Positions 22,501 to 36,328 are shown, counted from the whole stretch's first letter. The stretch is DNA of 62,903 bases, filler included, from Reclinomonas americana ATCC 50394 (GCA_048213135.1; 22 parts of 22 records of this genome joined end to end with filler, not necessarily neighbours in it); one strand, 5' to 3'. Numbers and translations: made by a program. The notes: generated by a model not told the origin, from the sequence alone.

Positions 22501-24357
22501 TGCGCGCCTGGTGTTGATCGGTGGCCACCTGAGCTGCGTCCCGGTTCAACTGTGCACACACACACAAGGGAGGTCGGTGAGACTGGCGCACACACATGAC
22601 TGCCATCAAGAAAAGAATCCACACGAGCAGACCTCGGCCTGTGCAATCTTTGCATTCTGGTCCACATTCCACTTTTCGAAACGCAGTCGCCGTGCATCCA
22701 GTGCACTCTCCTCGTCTGCCGCCGTCTGGCAGATCTTCTGTACAGAACCACGACCCATGGCACGCAGGTTGTCACTCATCGTGGCCATGTGTTGTACCTT
22801 GCGCTGGAGTGGGAGGAATCACATCAGTGCCAAGCGAGAAGGAGTAACACAGAGAAACAGGGTGCGCGATACAAACCTCATGCTTCTTTCGCATTTCCTC
22901 CATGCGATGCTGGTGTCCCTCCTGCTCCCGCCGGTTCTGTCGCCGATCACGCTCGGCCTTGACACGCAGCGCCGTTTTCCGCCTGCGGAGACCGACGCGT
23001 AAGCAGCAGCTCTCACAAACAGAGGAACTTCGCAACAAACCGTGCTTCCTCGGGAGTCGACTCGCCGCCCACGCTGTGCGGACGACTCTGCGACCGTGAT
23101 GTGGCACGACTCGTCGACGACGGTCGAGGCGAGAGCACGGGAATGGGAAGCGGCGGCACAATTCCGTTAAAGGAGCCTGAGGGGAGGTGAGCGCACATAT
23201 TCACAGCAAAGCAACAAGCTAGATGCGTGCACGCACCACCCAGTGAGGCTTGCTGTTGTTGTTGTTGTTGCTGTTGCTGCTGGCCATGGTGGTGGTGATT
23301 GTGGCTGCGTGTGGGCTGCGATGTTTGTGTCGGAGGCAACGACAGTGTGGCGTGTGGAGCGGGTGGAACAGCAGGCAGCGCCAGTGGTGGCACGGCCGGA
23401 TGGTGGTGGTGCGTTGTCGAAGCACCACCACGACCCTGCTCGGGCGATCCCAGTTGTGAAATGGCAATCTCACGCGCACGGAACAGCAAGCGCTCCCGCA
23501 TCGACGCCGACGACTCCGCCTGCTGCCCCGGCGACGCCGTCGACATGGCCGACGCACCCTCGCCCTCAAACATGACCGGCGACGCTCCGCGCAACAAGTG
23601 CGAATCATCATCGCCAAAATCCTGCGCGAAATCACGAGTCAGACCCGCAGCAGCAGCAGCAGTGGCGACGACAGCGGCGTGGACCAACAGAACATCATGC
23701 GAGTTGAGTGACGACAGCGACGCGCGACCCAAGTGATCGAACGAGGACGACGATAGAGGGGCCTTTTGCTGAATCGTCCGGGCCCGCTGCATCATGCGCA
23801 ACCTCATGTCCGATGACGCAGTCGACGACGAAGTCGGCGCTGCGACAAGTGCAACACATACTCACACTCAGCTCTTGCACGCGCACACCCACACACAGGC
23901 ACAGAGAGCGCACGAGCACGTGTGCGAGTGTGCAAAACAATCACTCACCTGGCGCAGTCGACGTTGCCTTCTTTGCTGCTGCCGGCTGCTGCTGTTGTCG
24001 TGCTGGAGCAGGAGCAGGGACACTGCTTCCACTCGTGGTACTACGTGGTGACAGTCGGTGCTGCTGCTGCTGACTGCTCACACACACACACACACACACA
24101 CACACGCAGACATGAGAGTGAGTGTCACGAAACACACACAAAGTAGCGCGCGCACACACACACACAACGCGCCTCACAACATCGAGAAACGTGGCAGTCG
24201 GGGCCTGCGCCAAGTCTCGCGCTCGCTGCAGAAGCTCCATCGTGCTCTCCTTTTGTCGCGCAAGTTTCTCCTGCGTGCAACTGCTCAGAGACACACACAC
24301 ATCTTCACACAGACAAACACACACTCGCTCCAACCTTGAGCGCGACAAGGTCAACAC
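19597..24357 (-). CDS. Multi-exon long coiled-coil protein with a possible C-terminal PH-like domain; uncharacterised, partial
   Basis: Many E/Q/R/L heptad-rich exons separated by short GT-AG introns. The last exons MLRGCQVFKP...ARHVFLSSDLTRLEI resemble PH-domain strands. Exact structure not resolved. Confidence 0.55.
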
Positions 24358-24653
24358 CGCCGCCGCCGCTCATTGTGTGAGCGAGTGTGTGTGAGAGAGA
24401 GAGTGCGCAGGAAAAACGACTCGCTTGGGTTACGCTTCCGCCAGTTCGCCAATCGCCGGTGACCCGCTCAGCGGTAACCCAACGCAAATACTTCAAATCG
24501 TTCTCCGTCGCTCCGTCGTTCGTCTATCNNNNNNNNNNNNNNNNNNNNNNNNNNNNNNNNNNNNNNNNNNNNTTAATTAATTAANNNNNNNNNNNNNNNN
24601 NNNNNNNNNNNNNNNNNNNNNNNNNNNNACTGGGTGCACACGCCGCAGCGACC

Positions 24654-27600
24654 ATGCACAAGTACGCGGGCAAGAAACGCTTTCTGGAGCAAGTGGACGG
24701 CGGTGCTGCAGCTGCCAGTGGCTCGCCAGCGCCTGCAACAGCAGCAGCAGCAGCAACAGCAGCAGCAGGAGGGGCAGCAGCAGCAGGAGGAGCGAGTGGC
24801 GCCAGTGCTGCAGCTGGTGGTGGCAGTGCGAGTGGCACATCTCGCGCGCCATCTGCGCCCACTGCCGCCACCGCCGCCAGCATGGGCGGTGCAGCAGCAG
24901 CGAGTGGCAACAGTGCGTCGTCACCGCAGCCGCCAGAGCTCAAGAGACAGGCGGTGGAGGGGCCCGGTGGTGGTGCATTCCCGCCGCGCATCGCCGCCAC
25001 TGCGCCCTCTTTGTCGTCAACGCACACAGGCAACAGCATCGCCTCGCCACTCACACCCAGTGCCGCAGCAGGCGGCGCATTCGCCAAGGTGAGCGTTGTG
25101 TGACGCACGTGTGTGTGTGTGAGAGAGAGAGAGAAGAGTGCTCATTGGATTTTGCAGTCGCAGCAGGACAGCTCGGTGTTGACGATGCAGAACCGGCAGC
25201 TGCGTGTGCGCAACGAGGAGTTGAAGCGTGAAGTGGAGGCGCTGCAGCAGTCGTTGGCCGGGCAGCAGCTGACGCAGGGCACGGCGGAGGCGGTGTTGGC
25301 CTCGGTCAATCGCCACTGGGCCAATCTCATACAGAACCTCGGCTTCCTGCTCATGCGAGTGAACACGCAGCCGCAGGCGGCGGCGGTGTTGGCCGATGCC
25401 AGTATGGATGTGGATGTGCAGCCGCGAGCGCACTCGTTGCATGCGTTCATCTCGCGCGTGTTGCAGAGGGATTTGCCAGAGGTGGAGGTTTGATGATGCA
25501 CATATTCCACGCCGTTCTCCCTTGGCACGGTGTTTCTCACATATCCACGCACGTTCACGTGCGGCAGTTGGGTGATGTGGAGGGAGTGCTGAAGCAAGTG
25601 GAGATGGGTCTGCGAGAGCGCAAGCACAAGACGGGCGAGTTGTTGACCAAGATTGTTGTTGCGTGTTTTTTTGTTTGCCGCGGAGTGTCGACGAAGGTTG
25701 CAGTGTGTGTTGACTGCGGCTGCTTGTGTGACACAGGATGCAATCACGGTGCAGCGTCAACGAGGCGACGAGCTGTCGGGGAGGTTGACGGAACTCGCTG
25801 GTTCGCACTCGCTTGTCAGTCGATGTGTCCCCGTGTGTCTGTAATCTCACTGTGTGTGTTACACACGCACAGCGGCAAGTGGTGCGGATAGTGTGTCAAT
25901 ATTGCGGGAGGAGAATGAGCGGTTACGGGAGGAGGTGTCGCAACGGCAGCTGCAAATTGACGAGTTGCAGGTGCGTCGGATCGCTCGTCCTTTCGTCACC
26001 CTCTCTCTCTCGTTCGTTTGCGACTCACTGCTGTCTTTGACTGTGGTGGCAGCTGGCGGCGCAGGAATCGTTGAATGAGAGACTGTCGTCACGCGATCAG
26101 GCGCTGAAAATGCAATCGGATGCCGAACGATACCGCGTGGAGGCTGAGAAAATGCGCGACGAGGTTGAGAATTTGCGACGCCAGCTGGACAAGCTGCGCA
26201 TTGAGAAGCAAGAGTTGGAGCAGGCGGCTCAGTTTGCGCCGCCACCACCACCACCCACACCAATGGCCGTCACACCGTCGGCGCCGTCAGAAGTTGCGTG
26301 CACCCGTGTGATGATGGAGAAAACAAAAGGCGATGCTGACGTTCTCTCTCGGCATGTGCAGCACGAAGAGGTGTTGCAGCGACTAGCCTCCGAGCTGGGC
26401 GACGAACTGCGAGAGGCGCGTGCACTTGCCGAGAGTCGCTTGGCGGAAATCGACAAGGTGCAGCATGAGCTCGACAAGGCACGAAACGATGTCCGTCAGG
26501 CGCACATGGGAGTTGCGTGCTCATCCTCTCCCCTTTCTCGTCCTCCGCCGTCTCACCGCCCTTGTTCACCCCGCAGGCCTTGTCACAACCGGCGGCGCGT
26601 GCAACGGTGGAGAATCTGGAGACGATGCTGAAGCAGAGGGAGAGCGAGCTGGAGGAACTCGGCACCACTGTGGCCAACTTGCGATACGAGAATCTCGGTT
26701 TGGAGGATCGACTCGCCAAGGAGGCGGCAACGTCTGCAGTTGCGGCGCTGTGCGCAGAGGGGGTGAAAGGCGGAGTGGCAGTGCGTGACATGTGTTTCTG
26801 TACAGGAGCAACTGAGGAAGCAGCGTGCCGACTTTGCCGCACAAATGGCGGAGCGCGACAAGGTGGTGACGCAGGTGCGCAACGACTTGGACCAGCTCAA
26901 GATCCAATTGCAAATCTCTCAACAGCAAACCAAGGAGGCCAAGGTATGGAGTTGTAGTGATCNNNNNNNNNNNNNNNNNNNNNNNNNNNNNNNNNNNNNN
27001 NNNNNNTTAATTAATTAANNNNNNNNNNNNNNNNNNNNNNNNNNNNNNNNNNNNNNNNNNNNCCCGCGCCTTCGCCAGACTCTTCTCACCAACGTGTTCT
27101 TCGATGTAGGGCGGGCGCGACATGTCGGGTCGTGTGACGGAGCTGGACGCCATGGTGCAATCGCAGCGTGCCGAGCTGGAGCGGTTGAGACTAGAATTGC
27201 GGGTGAGCAAGGACAAGGCGCGCGAATGGCAGCAGCAGCTGGAGGCCCTGAAGGCTGAGGAACTGAGCAAGCGAGGTGCGGAAGGGGATTGTGTGGTTGG
27301 AATTTTGCGTGTCGAGTCTGACTTGTTCCCTGCGCGCCAGAAATGTACATGCGTTCCCAGTCGGAGGTGGATATCGCCAAAGAGCAGAGCCGAACTGCGG
27401 ACGTGCAGCTTGCTGATTTCAGGAAAAAGAACAAGTTTCGTCGCTCCTCCCCGTTGCGCTACTTCACCTTGGCTCTATGTGTGTGACTAACACGGCGGGG
27501 CATCGCCGCAATGCAGGGAGTTGTCGGAAAAGGTTCAAGATCTGCTGCTCTCGAACGAGGTGTACCAGTCGTCGTCGCGTGACAAGCGTGAGCTGCACGA

Positions 27601-28777
27601 GATCCGATTGGCGGAGAAGGAGCGCACACGTGAACTGGCGCTGATCACGGCCGAGTTGGAGGCGCTAAAGGTGGAGGTGGCAGCGGGTCGGCATGGTCCG
27701 GCGGCTCTGGCCGCTGCAGCAGCGGCGGCAGCTGCCTCGGCACAATCTTCGATGGGTGCGAGTGGCAGCGGCTCGATGGATGTGGTCATGTCACCGGCTC
27801 CCTCAACTCCGGTGCTGGACGGCAGTGGCCACGACGAAGCGCGACGAGAGTTGACAGTTCGTGTCGCATTTTTGGAAGGTCGCGTGGCCGAACTGGAAGC
27901 GGAGCTGGCGGGGCGAAAGGAGGAGTCGGAGGGTTTGATGGCGGAGATCGAAGTCATTAGCGACGCGTTTGCCAAGATGCAGGATCAGAACACAAAGTTG
28001 CTGCGGCAATTGAGTGAGCACGACGACAATCATGCGCAGATGATGGCCGAGGTTTGTTGAATCCCACTGCCCCTCTGATCGTGTTTCTTGCTGACTCGCC
28101 CATGTTTTTCTGTTGAAAACAGAGTGTGCGAGCGCGCTCGGTGCAGTCGTTGTTGCGCGAGGAGAAGGAGGCTGCCGCGCAACGGTTGCAGGCGGCTGAA
28201 GATCTCCGCGTGGCTCAACAAGAGGCACTGCAAGTCGCCGATGCGAAATTGCGCCAGACACAAGAGTTGCTCGACAAGGCGTACGAGGAGCTGCGGGTGT
28301 ATCAGGTGCGAATTTTGATGTGTCGCTGACTCTGTGTGTGTGATGTTGAGAGACCTCATGTCGTTCGTGTGTGGGAGCAGAGCTGGTTCGACAGCCAGAA
28401 ACGCGCCACCAAGGAGGCCCAAGAGGCCGCCATTCATCTTCGTGTGGAGGTGGAAAGTGCACAAAAGGTGCGATGAGGGCATGCTCTTTCTCTTTGTGGA
28501 GGTGGTGGTGGCTGATTGCGGATCTCTTTGGTGCAGATTGTGGAACAAGTCAATGAGCAGCAACAGCAACTGCAGGCCGAGTTGACGGCGGAGCGGCGAA
28601 GGAGTATGTTGGTGGCCGAGGAGCTGGACACCCTAAAACGCAAGTTGCAGCGGTTCCAGTCAAGTTCGTCGTCCGCACCCGAATTGGAGGACTTGGAGGC
28701 ACAGTTGGCGGAGACCAAACGACGACTCAAGTGCAGTGTGTGTCAGGAACGCGAAAAGAACATGGTCATAACACGGT
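24654..28777 (+). CDS. BRE1: E3 ubiquitin ligase BRE1 (RNF20/40, HUB1-like), multi-exon, 3' end in gap
   Basis: SVLTMQNRQL...VNRHW, long coiled coils, LMAEIEVISDAFAKMQDQNTKLLRQLSEHDD, and the start of the C-terminal RING (LKCSVCQEREKNMVITR). Confidence 0.88.
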
Positions 28778-28951
28778 GAGACGAATCGTTTGGATGCACA
28801 CGCGCGCGACTGGTGTTGTTGATTGCACTGTGCTGACTCTTTTTTTCCGTTNNNNNNNNNNNNNNNNNNNNNNNNNNNNNNNNNNNNNNNNNNNNTTAAT
28901 TAATTAANNNNNNNNNNNNNNNNNNNNNNNNNNNNNNNNNNNNNNNNNNNN

Positions 28952-29600
28952 CCGAGTTCAACCGTATCCAAAACATCAACACACACACCAATCTTGAGAC
29001 AGCAGCAGGTTCCTTGTGTGTGTGTGTTCGCTCTAGATCTCGGAGCTCCGAACAAGTCGAGAACTGCGATCTTCACCGCATAAGCGTGGTTGACCAGTGG
29101 CTTTGACGCACTTGCAGACGCATAGCGTTCAACGAGTCGTCTTGGCGAAGGGGCACGCCAACTCCACCACCTGGACCGAGCAGATCTCACCAGTCCTCTC
29201 TCTGGTGTGAACCAAATGGATGAGGTCCGGCTTGAGCCTGGCCAAGTTGGCGTGGTTGGCAATGTCCACCGCCGCAGGCAGCAAGTCGACGTCGACACAC
29301 TCGCGCAACAGCTGGCACGCCACACCGTCCACCTTGGGGCGCCGCACCAGAGTCGCTTGAAGGACGCCAAACACGTTGTCGTGGCGCGTCGTCCACAAGC
29401 CCTTCAGCTTTTCACAGCCGTTGAGCAAGTGACCGAGCGACTCCACAGAGTGCGTTGCCGCGCTGATGACAGTGCCGCCTTGTTGTTGAGCATGACGGAG
29501 TTGGTCCGCATCTTGCACAGGAAGCGTTGCTCCTTCTCGCTGATGCCGTTGCCCTGAACCACCACGTCATGGGTTCCAACAGCAGCCTTCTGCAGAGAGT
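28952..29600 (-). mobile_element. Decayed RLE-type non-LTR retrotransposon 3' fragment (partly deleted CCHC knuckle plus restriction-like endonuclease)
   Basis: EQRFLCKMRTN...ESLGHLLNGC...RHDNV...LKPDLI...VVELACPF. Near-identical to copies at ~32.7-33.2 kb and ~35.2-35.7 kb. Confidence 0.85.
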
Positions 29601-30822
29601 CGACAAAGGCCAGCCCACAATATGACGCTTGGAGCAGAAGTGTAACATCGCAGGCAAAAAGCGAGCGGCAAAGGGAAACACAACACCACCGTCAGCCAGC
29701 CGTCCGACCACCATGACCAGCGGAGGCTGACCAGCACACTGACACCCAACTTCAGAGCGTGCCCGAGAGCCGAGAGCAACACCCATCAGATTGGAGCGAA
29801 CAGCGCGACGATCGCGAGGAGCGCTTCGGATCAGTGGCCACTTGGAAGCGAGTACCTGCAACAGGAGCAACCGCAGCAGCACCAGCCGGAGGAGCAACAG
29901 GAGACAACAACACAGAGAAATACCGCTGTGGCGAGTGGCAACTGGCAGCTGTTGGCGACTGACGTCTGTGACCTCCTCGTTCGTTTGTCGCAGCGGTCGG
30001 CAACGGCGAAAAATCGTCAACACGACCATTACTTCTCTCACATACCGTACTCTCTTTCGACGGTTTGGCGTCGCTTTGGATCCGCCGGGGTGCCCCGGTG
30101 TCGGTACATGCAGCGTCGGAGAAGCACCATTGATGCCACAGCACCATGTGCATCTCGGGGAGGCAGCGCGAGTCTGCGTCAGCTTCAGTAATGCATCTCC
30201 TGCACGGCTGCCAGAGCCACGCGCGCACATTCCAGCTCGCAGTACTANNNNNNNNNNNNNNNNNNNNNNNNNNNNNNNNNNNNNNNNNNNNTTAATTAAT
30301 TAANNNNNNNNNNNNNNNNNNNNNNNNNNNNNNNNNNNNNNNNNNNNCTAGTTTTCTCTGCTTCTTTCTCTCCATTTCTCCCACTGTTATTTTTTGCTTT
30401 GTCTGCACACACACACAAACACACATACGTTCAACTTTGCGGAGGAAATCTAGAGTGCTTAGAGCGTGGCGAGTTGTGGGGGGTTTCCCATGGTCTGATC
30501 GAAGTGCCTATATTTCCAAATTTGGCATATCCTTTTGCCAGTATGTTGCATGATATCTCTCTCTTCACGCATGCACGCATTCACACGCTGTTTTTTGCGC
30601 ACAAGAGAGAGAGAGGGAATGAAACTGATAGTACATACCAACGCGGCACACGGTGGATGTGTGTGTGTGTGTGAGTGTGTGAGTCTCTTTATGGTGCACA
30701 CAGCTCGCGCCAGCTTCCTGTGTGATCGTGTGTTCATCTTTACACCGCGATCCTTCGTCGAAGTGACCAACTCATTGAGTTGCCGATGCTAACCAGTACT
30801 GTGGATCGTGTGTGCGTGCAGG

Positions 30823-32373
30823 ATGCCTGTACAGAACTCCACAGACCCGTTGTTGGTTGCTCTGCTGGAGAAGCAGCAACAGATGCTCCAGGAGCTCATG
30901 CTGCAGCAGCAACAGATGTTCCGGGTGCTAACGGACGCCGTCCTAGAAATAGGCGCCGGCCTGCGCCGTGATGCTGCGCAGCCGCCACAGCAATCGCAGT
31001 CCAGTGCTGGCAGTCTCGAGACATTGTGGCACAACACGGTAAGACCGGCGGACATATCGCGACATCTTTTCGATGGGGAGCTGCTTATTGTATTGTGTGC
31101 GTGCAGACTTCGCGGCACAAAGTGTGCGCGTTGAGCTGCGTTCGAGGTGGCATGTATCGCTTGGCCCAGTTTTCTCGCGAGCTCGAGGCAACAAGCGCTG
31201 CGGCTGGCAGCAGCAGCGTTGAACCAAGGGGCTTCTGGAAGGAGATTGACGCCTGTCATATCTTTCCTCTCAACCCGAGTCGCGCATGCACGGATGCTCT
31301 CCGCGTGTGTGCGTCGGACATGCTCGTTGACCATGGTGCTGATGTCTCGCATGTGACCAATGGCGAGGTTCGTGAATGTGATGTATCTCCATTGTTCTCC
31401 ATGTCGAGTAGTGGCAGTCTATTGTTAACAAGACTCACCAGGTCTACAAATTTTCGAATTGGAGGGATGCCGAGACGCTGTTTCTGCGCATCACTGGTGT
31501 CGCGACCAGCGGAGATTTGCCAGCTTGCTGCCACTATGCGGTCACCGCCGGCCGCAGTATGAACAAGACAATCCTGAACTGCGTGAGGAACTTTGTGGCG
31601 TTGCCGAAACGTCTTCATACGAGACTTGACGCCCACTGCATCCTGCTGTCGGTGAGTCCTTGTAACTTATATGTTTGTTGTGCCGCGTCTTCTAATTAGT
31701 GCGTGCATCAATGCATCCATGTGTCTGTCGGTGTCGACGAACAGTTCGATGGAGAGGTCTGGGATGCGCGTTCTTGCGAAAAAATCATGACTACGGCGCT
31801 TGATGGCCAGTACCGATGTGTGGTGGATGGCACGTGCACCGGTGAGTCGCTAATGCTGATGCTGCTGGTCTTGTCGTTGCTGCCGTGATGGTATGGTGCA
31901 TTGTTGCTGAGAAACTTTTCTTTGACTTGTCAGTGCACGAGAATTGCGGTGGATCGTTCCGCGTCTGGCGGCAGGACTGCCCTGCTCACATGCGACCACA
32001 CCGTCAGATACTGCTGGTCCACCACATACTGGTCTATCGCAAATTCACCACCATATGGGCTGAACAAGACGCGGTGTTCCCGTGGCGCCAATTCTACAAT
32101 GACGATTCGGTCAACAGTCCGTATGACTTCCTGCGGCGCCACGGACTGAAAGACTTTGACATCGACGACGATGCGGTACTTCATACTCGTTGCATCGGTC
32201 ATGTATATGTGTGTTCTTTTTCACTGACCGTTATACTCCTCCCCCAGTTGCAGGCACTATGCGAACAGCTGGATGAATCGGACGGTCGACTGGGCCTGAG
32301 CAATGGTGATCTGGCTCTCAATCCGAATTTGACAGATTCCGAATCCAGCGCTAGCAGCGGTCGCGATCTGTAG
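30823..32373 (+). CDS. Spliced HNH endonuclease (HNH_2 / Crinkler-type CR-HNH-like), copy A
   Basis: Exons 30823-31038, 31107-31367, 31442-31651, 31745-31841, 31934-32175, 32248-32373 join in frame. Motifs KVCALSC, DACHIFP, NCVRNFVALPKRLHTRLD and RPHRQILLVH. An acceptor-like site just before the ATG suggests a possible upstream exon. Confidence 0.75.
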
Positions 32374-32549
32374 TCGAGACGTCGACATGTACAGGTCTAC
32401 GGCTGCCAGATCCATACGACAACTCAAGTTCCCCATCTACAACTCTTTCTGCGATACAGTACAGTAATCAGATGCATGCGAGACACTTGTCAAAAGAATT
32501 GCTTGCCACTTGGTGAGCAATGGCAGCTGCAGATAATAATAGAAACTTC

Positions 32550-33879
32550 ACTAGTACTGATCCATACACAACAATGAGCATCTAGATCTCTACCAATGAT
32601 CGCCGACAAGCCTCGTGTGCTTTCCTTCTACAACTAAAACTGTTTTAAGTGTGTTGCCGATGTTGAGAATAAAGCCCTATTCAGGACACACAGCCTCCAT
32701 CGAGGTCACAGGGAGCACCACCAGCTCAACTTTGACCTGATCGCTGCGCCGACCTTCTGCTTGATGGCCTTGACCAACGACTCGTGCTTGGTCTTCTTGC
32801 CGTTGACAGCGGACTTGACCGAGTCTTCGTTGCAATTGGCGAAGGGGCACGTCAACTCCACCACCTGGACCGAGCAGATCTCACCAGTCCTCTCTCTGGT
32901 ATGAACCAAATGGATGAGGTCCGGCTTGAGCCTGGCCAAGTTGGCGTGGTTGGCAACGTTCACCGCCGCGGGCAGCAAGTCGACGTCGACACACTCGCGC
33001 AACAGCTGGCACGCCACACCGTCCACCTTGGGGCGCCGCACCAGAGCCGCGTGAAGGACGCCAAACACGTTGTCGTGGCGCGTCGTCAACAAGCCCTTCA
33101 GCTTTTCACAGCCGTTGAGCAAGTGACCGAGCGACTCCGACTCCTTGCCACAGAGTTGGCACAGCGAGGCAGGGCCACCCGGGTTGCCGCGTTGATGACC
33201 GCCACCTTGTTGTTGAGCATGACGGAGTTGGTCCGCACCTTGAACACCCTCAGAAAAAACACAACTACATGTACAGTATGCACTTCATGATCAAAGAACC
33301 AGGCAGCCGCCCTTCTTCACCTTTCTTCTTCGGTTCAACGACAGCAGTGCATGCGCAGATGGCGACAGCGAGGCAACCAGCAGCCGCAACAGTGAGCCAC
33401 CGAGGCAGGCGCGACTCAGAAATGCGCTGCTGTGGGAATCGACTCAGCCTCTGTTTGCCACCACTGAACGCCCACACTACAAAGTCCTCCTCGCCTTTGG
33501 GAACCCTTCGACCCGCCGTCAGGCGGCGTGCCACCTCCTTCTTGTGCATCACGCTACACCAAATCGGCGCAGTGATTGTCAGTCGGCGGCACGCATCGGC
33601 GTCGACGTCAACGTTGCCACCAGAGGCACTGCCACTGCTGTCAGCACTCATGTCCAGCTCAGCAAGGAGCTCTTCACCGACTCGGTCCAGTCCAACGGCC
33701 GGCTCGGGGAGCATGGACAGGAGCGATCCGGCCTCGGCGTTTTGCTGCAGCTGCACGAGGCGGTCATCGTCCACCGTGAACACGCTCTGTCGTAGAACAT
33801 CGAGAATCCCAACAGCGTTGCCCGCCCGCCCAATGAAGAAGCGGGTTGCTACTTCGTCAGTACTTTCGTCGTCGCTCAT
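32550..33879 (-). mobile_element. 5'-truncated, frameshifted RLE non-LTR retrotransposon remnant, copy A
   Basis: CQLCGKESESLGHLLNGC (C-x2-C-x7-H-x4-C), RHDNV, KPDLI, VVELTCPF, KKTKHESL. The upstream ORF 33265-33879 is probably the RT-to-RLE linker (less certain). Confidence 0.85.
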
Positions 33880-34031
33880 TAATCAACGGGATGATGGTCA
33901 CCACATACAAATCCGACATTTTCGACTGTTTNNNNNNNNNNNNNNNNNNNNNNNNNNNNNNNNNNNNNNNNNNNNTTAATTAATTAANNNNNNNNNNNNN
34001 NNNNNNNNNNNNNNNNNNNNNNNNNNNNNNN

Positions 34032-34856
34032 CACCGCCGGCCGCAGTATGAACAAGACAATCCTGAACTGCGTGAGGAACTTTGTGGCGTTGCCGAAACG
34101 TCTTCATACGAGACTTGACGCCCACAGCATCCTGCTGTCGGTGAGTCCTTGTAACTTATATGTTTGTTGTGCCGCGTCTTCTAATTAGTGCGTGCATCAA
34201 TGCATCCATGTGTCTGTCGGTGTCGACGAACAGTTCGATGGAGAGGTCTGGGATGCGCTTTCTTGTGATCAAGTCAAGACTACGGCGCTTGATACCGGCC
34301 AGTACCGATGTGTGGTGGATGGCACCGGTGAGTCGCTAATGCTGATGCTGCTGGTCTTGTCGTTGCTGCCGTGATGGTATAGTGCACTGTTGCTGAGAAA
34401 CTTTTCTTTGACTTGTCAGTGCACGAGAATCCCGGTGCACCGTTCCGCGTCTGGCAGGACTGCCCTGCTCACATGCGACCACACCGTCAGATACTGCTGG
34501 TCCACCACATACTGGTCTATCGCAAATTCACCACCATATGGGCTGAACAAGGCGCGGTGTTCCCGTGGCGCCGATTCTACAATGACGATTCGGTCAACAG
34601 TCCGTGTGAATTCCTGCTGCGCCACGGACTGAAAGACTTTGACATCGACGACGATGCGGTACTTCATACTCGTTGCATCGGTCATGTATATGTGTGTTCT
34701 TTTTCACTGACCGTTATACTCCTCCCCCAGTTGCTGGCACTTTGCAAACAGCTGGATAAACCGGACGGTCGACTGGGCCTGAGCAAGGGTGATCTGGCTC
34801 TCAATCCGAATTTGACAGATTCCGAATCCAGCGCTAGCAGCGGTCGCGATCTGTAG
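34032..34856 (+). CDS. HNH endonuclease, copy B (5' part in gap)
   Basis: Same exon layout and motifs (RNFVALPKRLHTRLD, RPHRQILLVH) as copy A, with many amino-acid changes. Confidence 0.75.
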
Positions 34857-35009
34857 AGGTCTACAACTGCCAGATCCATACGACAACTCAAGTTCCCCAT
34901 CTACAACTCTTTCTGCGATACAGTACAGTAATCAGATGCATGCGAGACACTTATAAAAGAATTTGCTTGCCACTTGGTGAGCAATGGCAGATAATAATAG
35001 AAACTTCAC

Positions 35010-36328
35010 TAGTACTGATCCATACACAACAATGAGCATCTAGATCTCTACCAATGATCGCCGACAAGCCTCGTGTGCTTTCCTTCTACAACTAAAACTG
35101 TTTTAAGTGTGTTGTCGACGTTGAGAATAAAGCCCTATTCAGGACACACAGCCTCCATCGAGGTCACAGGGAGCACCACCAGCTCAACTTTGACCTGATC
35201 GCTGCGCCGACCTTCTGCTTGATGGCCTTGACCAACGACTCGTGCTTGGTCTTCTTGCCGTTGACAGCGGACTTGACCGAGTCTTCGTTGCAATTGGCGA
35301 AGGGGCACGTCAACTCCACCACCTGGACCGAGCAGATCTCACCAGTCCTCTCTGGTATGAACCAGATATCGATGGGTGAGGTCCGGCTTGAGCCTGGCCA
35401 AGTTGGCGTGGTTGGCAATGTCCACCGCCGCAGGCAGCAAGTCGACGTCGACACACTCGCGCAACAGCTGGCACGCCACACCGTCCACCTTGGGGCGCCG
35501 CACCAGAGTCGCTTGAAGGACGCCAAACACGTTGTCGTGGCGCGTCGTCCACAATTGCAAGCCCTTCAGCTTTTCACAGCCGTTGAGCAGGTGGCCAAGC
35601 GACTCCAACTCCTTGCCACAAAGTGGGCACAGCGAGGCAGGGCCACCCGGGTTGCCGCGTTGATGACCGCCACCTTGTTGTTGAGCATGACGGAGTTGGT
35701 CCGCACCTTGAACACCCTCAGAAAAAACACAACTACAGTATGTACTTCATGATCAAAGAACCAGGCAGCCGCCCTTCTTCACCTTCGGTTCAACGACAGC
35801 AGTGCATGCGCAGATGGCGACAGCGAGGCAACCAGCAGCCGCAACAGTGAGCCACCGAGGCAGGCGCGACTCAGAAATGCGCTGCTGTGGGAATCGACTC
35901 AGCCTCTGTTTGCCACCACTGAACGCCCACACTACAAAGTCCTCCTCGCCTTTGGGAACCCTTCGACCCGCCGTCAGGCGGCGTGCCACCTCCTTCTTGT
36001 GCATCACGCTACACCAAAGCGGCGCAGTGATTGTCAGTCGGCGGCACGCATCGGCGTCGACGTCAACGTTGCCGCCAGAGGCACTGCCACTGCTGTCAGC
36101 ACTCATGTCCAGCTCAGCAAGGAGCTCTTCACCGACTCGGTCCAGTCCAACGGCCGGCTCGGGGAGCATGGACAGGAGCGATCCGGCCTCGGCGTTTTGC
36201 TGCACGAGGCGGTCATCGTCCACCGTGAACACGCTCTGTCGTAGAACATCGAGAATCCCAACAGCGTTGCCCGCCCGCACAATGAAGAAGCGGGTTGCTA
36301 CTTCGTCAGTACTTTCGTCGTCGCTCAT
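35010..36328 (-). mobile_element. RLE non-LTR retrotransposon remnant, copy B
   Basis: CPLCGKELESLGHLLNGC, RHDNV, KPDL, VVELTCPF; frameshifted. Confidence 0.85.
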
